Shown here: piece by piece, positions 17,346 through 26,825 of the stretch
Layout: the number at the start of each line of letters is the position of its first letter
Position numbering within the stretch: the first letter of the stretch is position 1
From: Patescibacteria group bacterium
GTDB lineage: Bacteria; Patescibacteriota; Patescibacteriia; 2-02-FULL-49-11
Assembly (NCBI GenBank): GCA_041645165.1
Contig: JBAZQN010000010.1
Coordinates: 102 to 64,101 of the forward strand
Direction: 5' to 3'
Length of the DNA stretch: 64,000 bases
Translations under genes and position numbers: made by a program
The notes under the pieces: model-generated
The model's database searches: none
What the model was told of the DNA's origin: nothing
What the model saw: the letters and a program-made list of their open reading frames with translations, nothing else

Positions 17346-18254
17346 TTAGCCGGGAAGTTTCTTCTCCTCTGGCTTTGCCGGGAGCTTAGTGGCGATCTCG
17401 GAACGATACCAGATATAAAAAACGGAAAACGTCAAGATCGGCAGAAAGCCAAGCAGCGGCACACAGTCAATTAATGTGGGCAAAAGCGACTTTATAATCC
17501 GATCCGCAAATTCCATATTCTTGCGGCCAAGATAAAAAAAAGTGCAAAACCCCCACACCACTCCGATAATCCAAGTTAAAACCTGACCCAATGAAAGCGT
17601 TCCAATGTCAATCAAATCCTTGACAAGCGCCAATGATATCAGGAATCCCCACATGAATGTCGAATGATCTTTCGCTTGTATCCCCTGCTGTTTTTTTTTG
17701 CGCTTCAAAAACGCTTTCGCTTTATTCTTTAACCCCTTTTCTTTTTTCCATGCCTGCCGCTGCTTGTCATTCAAACGCTTGAAAGCCGCCTCTCTCTCCG
17801 CCATCATGCCCATGCCGCGATTGATTCCCACCCCGCTCTTTGCCAAGGCTCCAAAATTTTTTCCTAATACACTTCCCGCATTCCCGCCCGCTAATATCCC
17901 CAAAGCCCCCACTCCCAGCCTACGTCCTAAACCGCCCTGAGCCATACTAGCCACCCTCTTTTCGTTCTGCTTATCACGCGCAAGCTTCTGCGCATACTGC
18001 TGTTGTTGTTGTTCCTTATCGCGCTCTGCCTTGCGCTGGCGCATATTATCCAGAAATCCCTGCTTTTGACCTTCCGGCTGGCGTTGTCCGGTCGCGGCGT
18101 ATTGCCTATCATCTTTATTCTTCGCTTGCGTGCCGCCTGCTCCGCCAACAAATCCCCCACTACCAGAGAAAGCACCTCTCCCTTGATACGCATCCTTCAT
18201 TGCCTTCTTCATTGCTTTGCTGGGAATATTCGATTTTGCTTCCGTATCGGCCAT
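17346..18254 (-). CDS. Hypothetical membrane protein (charged/Gly-rich N-terminus, C-terminal TMs) in the T4SS-like cluster
   Basis: 302-aa ORF co-oriented with neighbours; DLIDIG...IDCVPLLGFLP hydrophobic tail. Confidence 0.7.
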   Translation of the reverse strand: MADTEAKSNIPSKAMKKAMKDAYQGRGAFSGSGGFVGGAGGTQAKNKDDRQYAATGQRQPEGQKQGFLDNMRQRKAERDKEQQQQQYAQKLARDKQNEKRVASMAQGGLGRRLGVGALGILAGGNAGSVLGKNFGALAKSGVGINRGMGMMAEREAAFKRLNDKQRQAWKKEKGLKNKAKAFLKRKKKQQGIQAKDHSTFMWGFLISLALVKDLIDIGTLSLGQVLTWIIGVVWGFCTFFYLGRKNMEFADRIIKSLLPTLIDCVPLLGFLPILTFSVFYIWYRSEIATKLPAKPEEKKLPG

Positions 18255-18304
18255 ACCAGTATTATTAGTTTTTTACCGCCGCACATGATGGTAATATTCA
18301 ATCC

Positions 18305-18359
18305 GTAGCGTCGGAGCTCGTCTCCGACATCCGTGGTGGCAGACAAGCTGCCACGCTAC
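18305..18359. repeat. GTAG-type REP doublet
   Basis: gtagcgtcggagctcgtctccgac / gtggcagacaagctgccacgctac; related copies at 30515-30538 and 36432-36485. Confidence 0.8.
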
Positions 18360-18429
18360 AATTCCGCGGTTTCAGTCTGCAAGACTGAACCAACTTCTGC
18401 AAGACTGAACCAACGTTGGTCATTCTGCG

Positions 18430-19080
18430 TTAATCTGCTTCTACTTGCCGCCAATAGGCTCCTGACACCTTCCACATCCCTTCTTCTTTCGTCATGCGTA
18501 AATCAAGTTCCTGATAAAATACCTTTGTATTTCCTCCTGTCCCCTGCATTTGGACACGCTGGGTAGTAACGACATAAGACGCCGATCCTTGACTCGGATC
18601 AAATTGCTGTTCCTTCACGTTCAGCGCCTTCGTGCGCACTCCAAGATATACCGATGGGTCTGCCTGTGTAACAATCTGCGCGCGCTCTTGTGAGAGCGCA
18701 TACGTTTGCATTGCCGCCGTCATGAAGGGAAGGAGCGTGCGGATATTGGAAACGTCCTGCTGGTTCGAGTAGCTGCCCCACCGTTCCGCAAACACACTGC
18801 TAAGCTGGAGAAGATCGCTCTTCAATTGCACTAAAGGATCAGGAGGCGGCGCAGGAGCGCGATTGGCGGCGGGCGCGGGAGCAGCGTTTGATGCGGGCGT
18901 GGGGGTGGGGGATGTTGCCTGCGGAGCTGCGGGAGAAGGCTGCTTTTGCACCGATTCAATCAATGCTTTCGTATCGGAGGGGGGAGGCGCAATTGTTCTG
19001 CGTGCAACAAAAAAGTACGCAAAGGCGGCAATCAATACAAAGCTGGAAAATATTAGCAATAATTTAATTTTAGAGGACAT
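18430..19080 (-). CDS. Bitopic protein with Pro-rich linker and NTF2-like domain (VirB8/TcpC-like)
   Basis: TM, Pro/Ala linker, FAERWGSYS, C-terminal L.MTKEEG.WKV. Confidence 0.6.
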   Translation of the reverse strand: MSSKIKLLLIFSSFVLIAAFAYFFVARRTIAPPPSDTKALIESVQKQPSPAAPQATSPTPTPASNAAPAPAANRAPAPPPDPLVQLKSDLLQLSSVFAERWGSYSNQQDVSNIRTLLPFMTAAMQTYALSQERAQIVTQADPSVYLGVRTKALNVKEQQFDPSQGSASYVVTTQRVQMQGTGGNTKVFYQELDLRMTKEEGMWKVSGAYWRQVEAD

Positions 19081-19157
19081 ACGGTACGATATATAACATA
19101 ACATTCAAGATTCATTTTAATTTTCAATTTCAAATTATTCAGTCGGCCTCTTCACTT

Positions 19158-19612
19158 GTCATCCCCGACTAGGTCGGGGATCCAGAAAAAACAATAACAT
19201 TAAAAATCATCAGAAAGATCTTTCCATCCTGGATTTACCTCCTCAATCAAACGCAATTTCCACATACGTTTCCATTTCTTTAATTGTTTCTCTCGCTGGA
19301 TGGCAATTTTTATATCAGTGTATTCCTCATAGTAGACCAGCAAATGTATGTGATATTGTTGGGTAAATCCCGGTATCAGTCCATTCTTATGCTCATCTGC
19401 TCTGCGTCTAAGATCGTTGGTTACCCCAATGTACAACGTCCCATTTTTCTGGCTTGCCATGATGTACACATAGTAACTCTGCATGATTTTTGTTTATTTT
19501 TTCTGGATTCCTGCTGGAGTTTATCCCGTACCGCGATACGGGGCAGGAATGACGAGATAGGGTGGATTCCTGTAGGAGTTTACCTCGTACTGCGATACGG
19601 GGCAGGAATGAC
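19158..19612 (-). mobile_element. GIY-YIG unit 2 with inverted REPs; the right REP is duplicated and carries nested inserts
   Basis: gtcatccccgactaggtcggggatccag ... ctggattcctgc[..]gcaggaatgac twice. Confidence 0.85.
19200..19484 (-). CDS. GIY-YIG nuclease family protein, paralogue of 15568-15852
   Basis: Same 94-aa length, nearly identical N- and C-termini, YIGVTNDL motif. Confidence 0.92.
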   Translation of the reverse strand: MQSYYVYIMASQKNGTLYIGVTNDLRRRADEHKNGLIPGFTQQYHIHLLVYYEEYTDIKIAIQREKQLKKWKRMWKLRLIEEVNPGWKDLSDDF

Positions 19613-19620
19613 AGCGATTT

Positions 19621-19712
19621 GTGAACCCCTCCCTGCGGCAGAGACCGCAGGGCATCAGGTCTTACGGCAAGGATGGTTATCATCCCTGTGGCAAAGACCA
19701 CAGGGTATTCAC
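19621..19712. repeat. Two-hairpin element resembling IS200/IS605-type ends
   Basis: ccctgcggcagagaccgcaggg and ccctgtggcaaagaccacaggg, bounded by gtgaa...ttcac. Confidence 0.55.
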
Positions 19713-19749
19713 GTAAATAAATTAGCATTGAAAATTTATCGATCGTTGG

Positions 19750-21660
19750 CTACTTCCCTGCAGCAACGGCCGGCGCTCCTTCCTGCTCCAGCGTCTGGTT
19801 AAACTGGCGCTTTGCCTCCTCGATTTCCAAAAGCTGGCGCGGGTCAGAGGTGATGATCTGGTCTTCTGTATAGGAGGCAACCACCTTGATGGCCGCGTGC
19901 TTGCTGCCCGCGAAGAAAATGCCTTCGCCCACGCCGCTCTCGAGCAGCAGATACCGCTCGCCCTGGGTGAGCAAGAATACTTTCGACACCGCATCCACGG
20001 CAGAGGGCGATTGACGGAGCAGTATCTGGAGCCCGGAATTATTTACAATCGCCTGTCCATAGGGTGAACCTAAAAAGTCGTTCACATCCTGCGTAATAGT
20101 GGTCAAACCCAGGTAGTATTTGCGGCAACGCTTTGCCAAGGCGTAGATGAATTTTGCCGAATCCTCATGCTGCATGAGCCACCATGCCTCGTCGATCACG
20201 AGAATGCGCTTCTTAATGGAGGAACGGACGACATTCCAGATGAAATTAATAATAGTATAAATCGCCATGGGCCGCAGTTCATCTTCGAGGTCCCGCACCG
20301 AGAACACCACGAGCTGGTTATTGAGATTGATGTTCGTGCGATTATTGAGAAGCCCCGCAAACGTGCCTTCAGTGTATTTTTTTAGGCGCAGCGCCACGTC
20401 ATCACCGCCCTCCATGCCGCGCAAAATGTCTTCTAGGTCTGAAAGCACCGGCATCTCCGCGTGAGTAAGATCCGAAGAAGGGGTAATATCCTTTTTCGCA
20501 TACGTCTCAAGGATTGCGCGGTCGAGGAGCGAATCTTCCTGATGCGAGAGCTCCCCAATCATGATCCGGATAAGCCCTTTCAAAGTGATCACCGCCGAGC
20601 GGATGATGTCGCCCGCCTTCAAATCTTCTCCTATGGCGCGAGGAAGGTCAAAAGGATTAATCTTGCTGTCGGAATTCAGGGAGATATTGATATAGGTGCC
20701 TCCCACCGCCTGCGCCAGATACTGGTATTCTCGCTCTGGGTCAATAATGATAATCTCCGTGCCGAACATGAGCGAGCGCAGGATTTCAAGCTTAATGGCA
20801 TACGACTTGCCCGCGCCTGATGTGGCGAAGACTACCATGTTTGCATTAGGGAGCGAAAAACGGTCAAAAAGGATGAGGGAGTTATTATGGCGGTTGATAC
20901 CGTAAAGGACGCCATTGTCGCTCGAGAGTTCAGAAGAGACGAAGGGGAAGGATGACGCGGCAGGAGAAGTATTCATATTGAAACTGACGCCCAGCTCGTC
21001 TATTCCCAGAGGCAGCGTTGAATTAAATCCCTGCTCCGCCTGCCACGTGGCGCGCCGGGTAAATACCAGCTTCGATCCGATAACGCTTTCTACCCTCTCC
21101 GTAAGCCTGTTAAGCTCCTTTATATTTGATGAGTATAAGGTGATATACAGCGCGCATTGGAAGAAATGCTCCGTTCCTTGCGTAATATCGTCCCGCAATT
21201 TTTCAATATCCTGGAGCGCAGTCTCCCGCACCGGGTCGCGAGGCGCCCCTTTCTCCCTGTCAGCAGAAAGCTGCGCTTCCAGCACCCCCACCTTGTTCCT
21301 CAATTGTTTTAAGATAATCTCTGGCTCTATGGGATAAAAAAATATTCCCACGTCAAAAGTGGCGCTCATGTCAATAATAGGCTCAAACCACCCCACCGAG
21401 ACATAGCGAGGATATGTCACCACGAAAAGCGTGCGCACAAACATACCCCCCAGCTCCAAATGATCTGACTGCACCCGGAGGGAAGAAGGCGCGATAAAAT
21501 CGCGGATAGATACGGTCCCCTCGCGATACACCTTTTCCGCGCGCAGGAGCTCCTCGGAGGGAAGCGCTGTTTTTTCAACCCGCGACACATCCGCATTCGC
21601 TTCCTGCGCAGGACGGGGCGCTTTCGCCGATTGAGATCGTTTCTTTAAGAAGTTGAACAT
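19750..21660 (-). CDS. VirB4/TraC-family secretion ATPase
   Basis: NANMVVFATSGAGKS (Walker A), IIDPEREY, INPFD, LVIDEAW (Walker B), RCRKY. Confidence 0.9.
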   Translation of the reverse strand: MFNFLKKRSQSAKAPRPAQEANADVSRVEKTALPSEELLRAEKVYREGTVSIRDFIAPSSLRVQSDHLELGGMFVRTLFVVTYPRYVSVGWFEPIIDMSATFDVGIFFYPIEPEIILKQLRNKVGVLEAQLSADREKGAPRDPVRETALQDIEKLRDDITQGTEHFFQCALYITLYSSNIKELNRLTERVESVIGSKLVFTRRATWQAEQGFNSTLPLGIDELGVSFNMNTSPAASSFPFVSSELSSDNGVLYGINRHNNSLILFDRFSLPNANMVVFATSGAGKSYAIKLEILRSLMFGTEIIIIDPEREYQYLAQAVGGTYINISLNSDSKINPFDLPRAIGEDLKAGDIIRSAVITLKGLIRIMIGELSHQEDSLLDRAILETYAKKDITPSSDLTHAEMPVLSDLEDILRGMEGGDDVALRLKKYTEGTFAGLLNNRTNINLNNQLVVFSVRDLEDELRPMAIYTIINFIWNVVRSSIKKRILVIDEAWWLMQHEDSAKFIYALAKRCRKYYLGLTTITQDVNDFLGSPYGQAIVNNSGLQILLRQSPSAVDAVSKVFLLTQGERYLLLESGVGEGIFFAGSKHAAIKVVASYTEDQIITSDPRQLLEIEEAKRQFNQTLEQEGAPAVAAGK

Positions 21661-21763
21661 ATATGCGCTGAATGACGCTGACCGTCACGCTTGCCTTAAT
21701 CGCGGACTAACGCGGAAAATCGATGTCAGCGTGAGTCCGCGTAACGTCTGCGTACGTCTGCGT

Positions 21764-22450
21764 TTATTCCTCCACCTCCATCTTCCCTATCTCCGGCGCC
21801 TTTTCGCTCACTACCACCTCTGGATTATAGGTCGCATACAAAAGTTCTATAAGCGACTGGGTATCAAGCTCCACCGAATTAAGGCCAATCGCCTGCAAAC
21901 CGCCTTTCAGGTGCGCCACATTCCTGTCTAGGCTTGAGCGGTACTGGCGGAACTTTTCCTCTTTCATCTTTATCACCTTGGTTAAGGAAAAAGTTTCCGA
22001 CATGCGCGTGACCAAACTTTTCTGTTTGTCGGAAACCGGATTATACGGCACTACGACATAAAACCGCTTCGATACGATAGCGCCAAGGCTCACCAGCTCC
22101 GTGATGAACTGCCGATAATCTGCCATCTGTATGCGAAGGAGATCATTTGACTGCTCGCGTTCGCGCTGTTTCAAATCGTCAAGGTAGGTATCAATGATGA
22201 ACCGGCGCGACTGGATGATAATTTGCACTGAAAAGGAAAGGGAATTAAGAAATGAAATATACCCTTGCACGGTGGCAGCCTGCTCTTCGGGGGATTTGAG
22301 CGCGAAGTTTACTGACGATACCAAAAGAACGGAACGCAAACTCCCGTCTCTTAAAATAATGGTATCTTCACGAACCTCCGCAATGGGCAGATACCGCTGC
22401 GTGGAGGGCGGATGGGTCTTTTTTTTGCTGACACCTTGCTGAAAAGGCAT
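21764..22450 (-). CDS. VirB4-associated protein (TraC N-terminal-like)
   Basis: STQRYL.I.EVRED.IIL.DG...VNFALKS.EEQ, lying between PrgI and VirB4. Confidence 0.7.
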   Translation of the reverse strand: MPFQQGVSKKKTHPPSTQRYLPIAEVREDTIILRDGSLRSVLLVSSVNFALKSPEEQAATVQGYISFLNSLSFSVQIIIQSRRFIIDTYLDDLKQREREQSNDLLRIQMADYRQFITELVSLGAIVSKRFYVVVPYNPVSDKQKSLVTRMSETFSLTKVIKMKEEKFRQYRSSLDRNVAHLKGGLQAIGLNSVELDTQSLIELLYATYNPEVVVSEKAPEIGKMEVEE

Positions 22451-22504
22451 AGTGCTATAAATCCCTTAGTAGGCAATTCCGAACCCTAAATTTATAAATA
22501 TTAG

Positions 22505-22626
22505 AATTTTCAATGCTCAATTTCCAATTTTCAATCAATGTCTCAATGCCGCAATTTTCAAACGTTTGATAATTGTTTCATTGAAAATTAAATGAAAATT
22601 GAGACTTGAAAATTGAAAATTATCAA
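22505..22626. repeat. AT-rich palindromic element; empty allele of 53199-53351
   Basis: Aligns with 53199-53351 but lacks the 30-bp twin hairpin. Confidence 0.8.
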
Positions 22627-23058
22627 TTAGGATTTTTCTTGCTCTGCCTCATAGACCCCTCCGGTATCTACCTCAAGCGCAAGTTCAGCGAGGCGCGTGC
22701 GGCTAAAACGCCGGTGAGGCTGCTCAAGCACTGCGGAGAGATCCTCGCCTTGAGGCGCCGCTTCTAGACCTTCAGCGTCAAATTTGTTCCATACCCGCAA
22801 GGAGGGCTTCATGCCGAGCTGAAAAACGGAAAGGAGAAAATGATGGAAATACCGACCGTTCACCTTATAAAACCCAAACACACCTACCATCGCAAAGGTG
22901 AAAAGCGCAACCAGGATAAACAGGGAAATATCAAACAGCTTATAACACACGACGAGGAAGAGTCCTGCCACGATCATCATGATGAACTGCCGCGTGGTGA
23001 TCGGCCCGAGGATTTTATCTTCCACGTCGATAAATTGAGGAACGACGAATTGATCCAT
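22627..23058 (-). CDS. PrgI family membrane protein (VirB3-like)
   Basis: QFVVPQFIDVEDKILGPITTRQF, two TMs. Confidence 0.88.
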   Translation of the reverse strand: MDQFVVPQFIDVEDKILGPITTRQFIMMIVAGLFLVVCYKLFDISLFILVALFTFAMVGVFGFYKVNGRYFHHFLLSVFQLGMKPSLRVWNKFDAEGLEAAPQGEDLSAVLEQPHRRFSRTRLAELALEVDTGGVYEAEQEKS

Positions 23059-23277
23059 AAACTTTGATAAATCCTAAACTCTCTCGCTACGCGAGATCTG
23101 GCGTAGCCAGATAAATCCGAAATCTCCCGCCCAGACGGGATCCCGCAAACATTAAATTAAGTAAATTCATAGTGCGGGACTAAACAAATACAAACAGTAA
23201 AATTCAAAACGCGATTTGTATTTTTGAACATTTGGGCTTGTTTAGAGTTTCGTGCTTAGGATTTAGAATTTCTCATA

Positions 23278-24483
23278 TTAGTATGCCAGTTTTCGGTTAA
23301 TGTCCGCAATAGCGTCAAATTCTTCTTTGGTAAATACTGGGTGGTTTTTCTTCGTATGCTCTTCAATCACGTGCGCCACATCCATACCTTTCTCCAGACT
23401 TTCTGCGCCGACCACCAAATAGAGTTGATGAAGAGGTGAGGACTTCCACGCCATCAGCCCCTCGTTTCTCTTCAAGAGAGATTCATCGGCGAGCAATTCT
23501 ATCTTTTCCACCACTTTTGACGCCATCATGGATACCGTCGTGCCTAAACGGCGGAAATCCTCTATTGTCATGGTCTTGAGTTCGTCGATGGGTCCCATCA
23601 CCCTACGAAGGGTACGCACGTCAGTGACCGTGGGGCGCAATTCCGCCGTTGGCATCTTAGGAGGCGGCGGAGGCGACGACGGCGCAAGAGGGATTCTTGA
23701 TTTTTGATTTTTGATTCTAGATTCTTCAAGCTGGTACGACGGATGGATGAACGGCCGCGGTTCCTTGACAATGAGCGGCGGCGGAGGTGGAAGCGGTTTT
23801 GGAGGAACCACTTCAGTTTTCACTGGTGTTAGGATTGGCGGAGTGAGATGGAAACTGGCAAGGGCAGGCGTCACCTTAACCCCCCGCACCTCATCTTCAA
23901 ATGCGGGCCTCCGCTCTTCTATAAGCTGCAGGAGCGTATTCGCGGACGCATTGTCCATATTCACGCCTCCCAAATTCCGCGGCCGTGTGAGCGTCTCTTT
24001 TGTTTCAATAAGATCCCTAATGTCTTTGAGCCGGGAAACTATCACGCGGGCGAGCCGAGGCTGGACTTCTGCATCAACCACAAGACCCGAAGCCTTTAAA
24101 ATCTCATCAGCCTTTTTACTCGCAAGCTCATGAATCTTCTCGATGCGGTCTTTATCGCCCGTCTGCCGGTATCCGTCAACCTCCTCTTCATCGCTCACGT
24201 CCACATAATAACGGGCAACCGGCTTCGGAACGGGGACAAGGGAAGAGGGTATAAGAGGGCGCGCAGGGAGGTTTGAAACGGCGCGAGGGGCTGCGGGAGG
24301 AAACATAGAGACACCCACGGGCGCAGGAGTCCGTTCGATATTCATACGCTTCACGCGGTCATCTTGCGACGTGAGTGACGCATCCCAATCCTCCAAAACG
24401 CCATTTTTAAGCACCTTGAAGCGGCCGTCCGCGTCACGGACGACTAGCTCGCCAATGTGGGTTTTATCTACAGGATCTGGCAT
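23278..24483 (-). CDS. Hypothetical Pro-rich protein of the T4SS-like cluster
   Basis: 401-aa ORF; SRLKDIRD and GPIDEL..MT..DFRRL blocks. Confidence 0.7.
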   Translation of the reverse strand: MPDPVDKTHIGELVVRDADGRFKVLKNGVLEDWDASLTSQDDRVKRMNIERTPAPVGVSMFPPAAPRAVSNLPARPLIPSSLVPVPKPVARYYVDVSDEEEVDGYRQTGDKDRIEKIHELASKKADEILKASGLVVDAEVQPRLARVIVSRLKDIRDLIETKETLTRPRNLGGVNMDNASANTLLQLIEERRPAFEDEVRGVKVTPALASFHLTPPILTPVKTEVVPPKPLPPPPPLIVKEPRPFIHPSYQLEESRIKNQKSRIPLAPSSPPPPPKMPTAELRPTVTDVRTLRRVMGPIDELKTMTIEDFRRLGTTVSMMASKVVEKIELLADESLLKRNEGLMAWKSSPLHQLYLVVGAESLEKGMDVAHVIEEHTKKNHPVFTKEEFDAIADINRKLAY

Positions 24484-24526
24484 AAATATAAATGCTTTTA
24501 ACTAGTGTATCATAATTCTCCTCACC

Positions 24527-25306
24527 TCACTTATTCTGAAACTTCTCGCGAATGCGCGCCTGCTCCACCTGGTGCCATTTCTGCTCGTCAGCTAACTTCT
24601 TCTCCAGCGATTCAACCAGTTTTCTCAATAACCAATCGGTTTTATTGATAAGCTCATAGAATATCTCATAACTCAAATCATTTACAGTGATTTTGGCTAA
24701 AGGCGGATAAAGGATAGTTAAAGGACGATATAAGAAATCCTTGTTTTCCTTTTTCCTCCTTTGATCTCCTTTACCATCCTTTAACGCCCAATTGAACTCA
24801 CCAAGATCAACTCCGATCCCGACGAGACTCGATCCCGGCCTTGACACAAGAAACCCATCTTCGGTCATCTCCCTCACATCACCCTTCACCTCTTCCAAAC
24901 TCCCTTGGCTAAAACCCCAGAAATCCAGGTATTCGCGCGTGGTCGCTCGCTTATAGCCTTCCTCAATATTCCGCACTACACTCCGCGCCGCATCGTCTAA
25001 CTGCGCCTTGCGCCTATATTCAGACCTCGGCAATGCATCAGTCGCAAGACGAACCAAATAGCGCAACAGCACCGCGTTCGACCACTGCACGAGATAACGG
25101 TAGCCTTCTGGATCCTGCCACACCCGAGACCGCTGCTGTGGACGCTCCGGCCGCGACAGCTCCCATACTGTCTTGATGCTCATGGATGCTCCCAACTCGC
25201 TCGACGACAACCCACTCAATTCACAATTTGGAAAATTCTCCGGCGCTTCTGACCAATCAGGATTCTTAAAATCAAACGTCTCGATAAATACCCTTACGCT
25301 GGTCAT
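24527..25306 (-). CDS. Four-helix-bundle protein (23S rRNA IVP/Avd-like); alternative start at 25183
   Basis: GYRYL..W, QLDDAARSVVRNIEEGY.R....YLDF..FSQGSLEE. Confidence 0.85.
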   Translation of the reverse strand: MTSVRVFIETFDFKNPDWSEAPENFPNCELSGLSSSELGASMSIKTVWELSRPERPQQRSRVWQDPEGYRYLVQWSNAVLLRYLVRLATDALPRSEYRRKAQLDDAARSVVRNIEEGYKRATTREYLDFWGFSQGSLEEVKGDVREMTEDGFLVSRPGSSLVGIGVDLGEFNWALKDGKGDQRRKKENKDFLYRPLTILYPPLAKITVNDLSYEIFYELINKTDWLLRKLVESLEKKLADEQKWHQVEQARIREKFQNK

Positions 25307-25349
25307 ACACCCCTATTATTTTTTCTTTATACTCCTCCTCTCTCCTCCA

Positions 25350-26813
25350 TTACTTTTCTTTTATTGCATCCATCCACTTAAACTCGCCCGTTTGTAAATC
25401 ACCATACGCCAAATGCGCGTACTCTTCTTCCCCCGCTTTTCTGCATTCATTGCTTAACGTGAGGACAACCAGCTTCGCCGATTCTTCCGGCAATTTCAAA
25501 CGTTCGATCAAAATATGCTTCAAAAACGCCAAGAGGTGTTTCGCCGCCGCCGGATCTTGCTTGAATTCCTCTATTTGGGATCTGTCCCGCTCCTTGTATG
25601 TTGTTTTCAAGGGTAAGCGGGATCCCGCCTGAGCGGGAGAATTTGGGATTTGGGATTTTTCGATTTGGTGTTCCCAATACCGCTGATATCGAGCGGAAAT
25701 CCCCACCGTTGTTTTAAGCGTCTTCCTTCGACCAAGCTCCCAAAGTGTCGCAATGACTTGAGGGATTTGACTACGGTTAATGCCACTAAAAAATTCTTCC
25801 TCTAGTTCGATCGATCCGAGGGGCTCTTCTCTTTTCACATTTTCCTCTAATTGTTTAAGCGCCTTCTGAATGACAGGTTCCTCCGTCCACTTACGATATT
25901 GCTCAATCATCTTGTCTGCAGGAGAGGTAACTCCCAGCTCTTTCATCGCCGCTTCTCGCTTCTCTTTAAATTCATCTTCAATCGCTTTCATCGCAAGCTC
26001 GGTCAATCGCTTGTATTCTGCATACTGCCCAGGAGGGATCTCCTCAAGTTTTCCTTCCTTGAGCGTCACAGGCTTCCCATCCTTAACCGCAGAGACCGTC
26101 TCCTCGAGACCCTCAAGAGTAGCGGAAGACAGCGGGAGCTTATCGCGCAACATCAGTATCATGCGAACGCGTATTTTTTCATTTTCTGGAAGCCGTACAA
26201 TACTAGAACCCTTGGTGAGATATGCTGAACGCTTGAACGCGTCAGCATATCCCGTCCCGACATTAGAAATGTAATCTTTAATCCAATTTTCTATGGTCGG
26301 CGTTGCTTCACGGCCGCCAAGGAGAGGACCTTGAGCGGTAATACGCTCCTGGCTGCGTATAAGGGTATCTAAAAGCCTTTGTTTTATCTCATCTCTCCTT
26401 TTATAGCTATATTCTTTCTGCACAAACGCTTTTACTGCATCCATGCTCTCTTTGCCATGAATATCCAGTACGAGCCCCAAATGGGCATTAAATAATTCTG
26501 TTACTTCATCTAATTCAAGAAGAGGAACACAAATAGCGCGGCATACCCACATCATATTCGTTATCTTCTGGTATGCTTCCGGATACTTCATGAGCAAATC
26601 CGGATACCCTTTAAGGAGCAGCTTAAACGCCCGTAGCTGCTCAAACGCATCTTCCATCATCACGAACTCGCGGAGGTAAGCTACATACTCGTCATATTGC
26701 GCGAGCGCCTCCGTATTCACAAATGTTTCCACGGGCGGGGGCGCCGTGAGGTTACCGGCATCCTGTACTTCATCAGGCTGCGCCAGAGGAGTAAGTTGTG
26801 GTTCATCTGCCAT
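25350..26813 (-). CDS. Hypothetical helical protein with an in-frame nested repeat insertion
   Basis: 487-aa ORF; PTIENWIKDY block; KSQIPNSPAQAGSR...DRSQI is encoded by repeats. Confidence 0.7.
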   Translation of the reverse strand: MADEPQLTPLAQPDEVQDAGNLTAPPPVETFVNTEALAQYDEYVAYLREFVMMEDAFEQLRAFKLLLKGYPDLLMKYPEAYQKITNMMWVCRAICVPLLELDEVTELFNAHLGLVLDIHGKESMDAVKAFVQKEYSYKRRDEIKQRLLDTLIRSQERITAQGPLLGGREATPTIENWIKDYISNVGTGYADAFKRSAYLTKGSSIVRLPENEKIRVRMILMLRDKLPLSSATLEGLEETVSAVKDGKPVTLKEGKLEEIPPGQYAEYKRLTELAMKAIEDEFKEKREAAMKELGVTSPADKMIEQYRKWTEEPVIQKALKQLEENVKREEPLGSIELEEEFFSGINRSQIPQVIATLWELGRRKTLKTTVGISARYQRYWEHQIEKSQIPNSPAQAGSRLPLKTTYKERDRSQIEEFKQDPAAAKHLLAFLKHILIERLKLPEESAKLVVLTLSNECRKAGEEEYAHLAYGDLQTGEFKWMDAIKEK

Positions 26814-26825
26814 AAAGAAGGAATA

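Noticed and set aside
24527-25306. Diversity-generating retroelement
   Set aside because: An Avd-like fold is present, but no reverse transcriptase or TR/VR pair with adenine-specific mismatches was seen.
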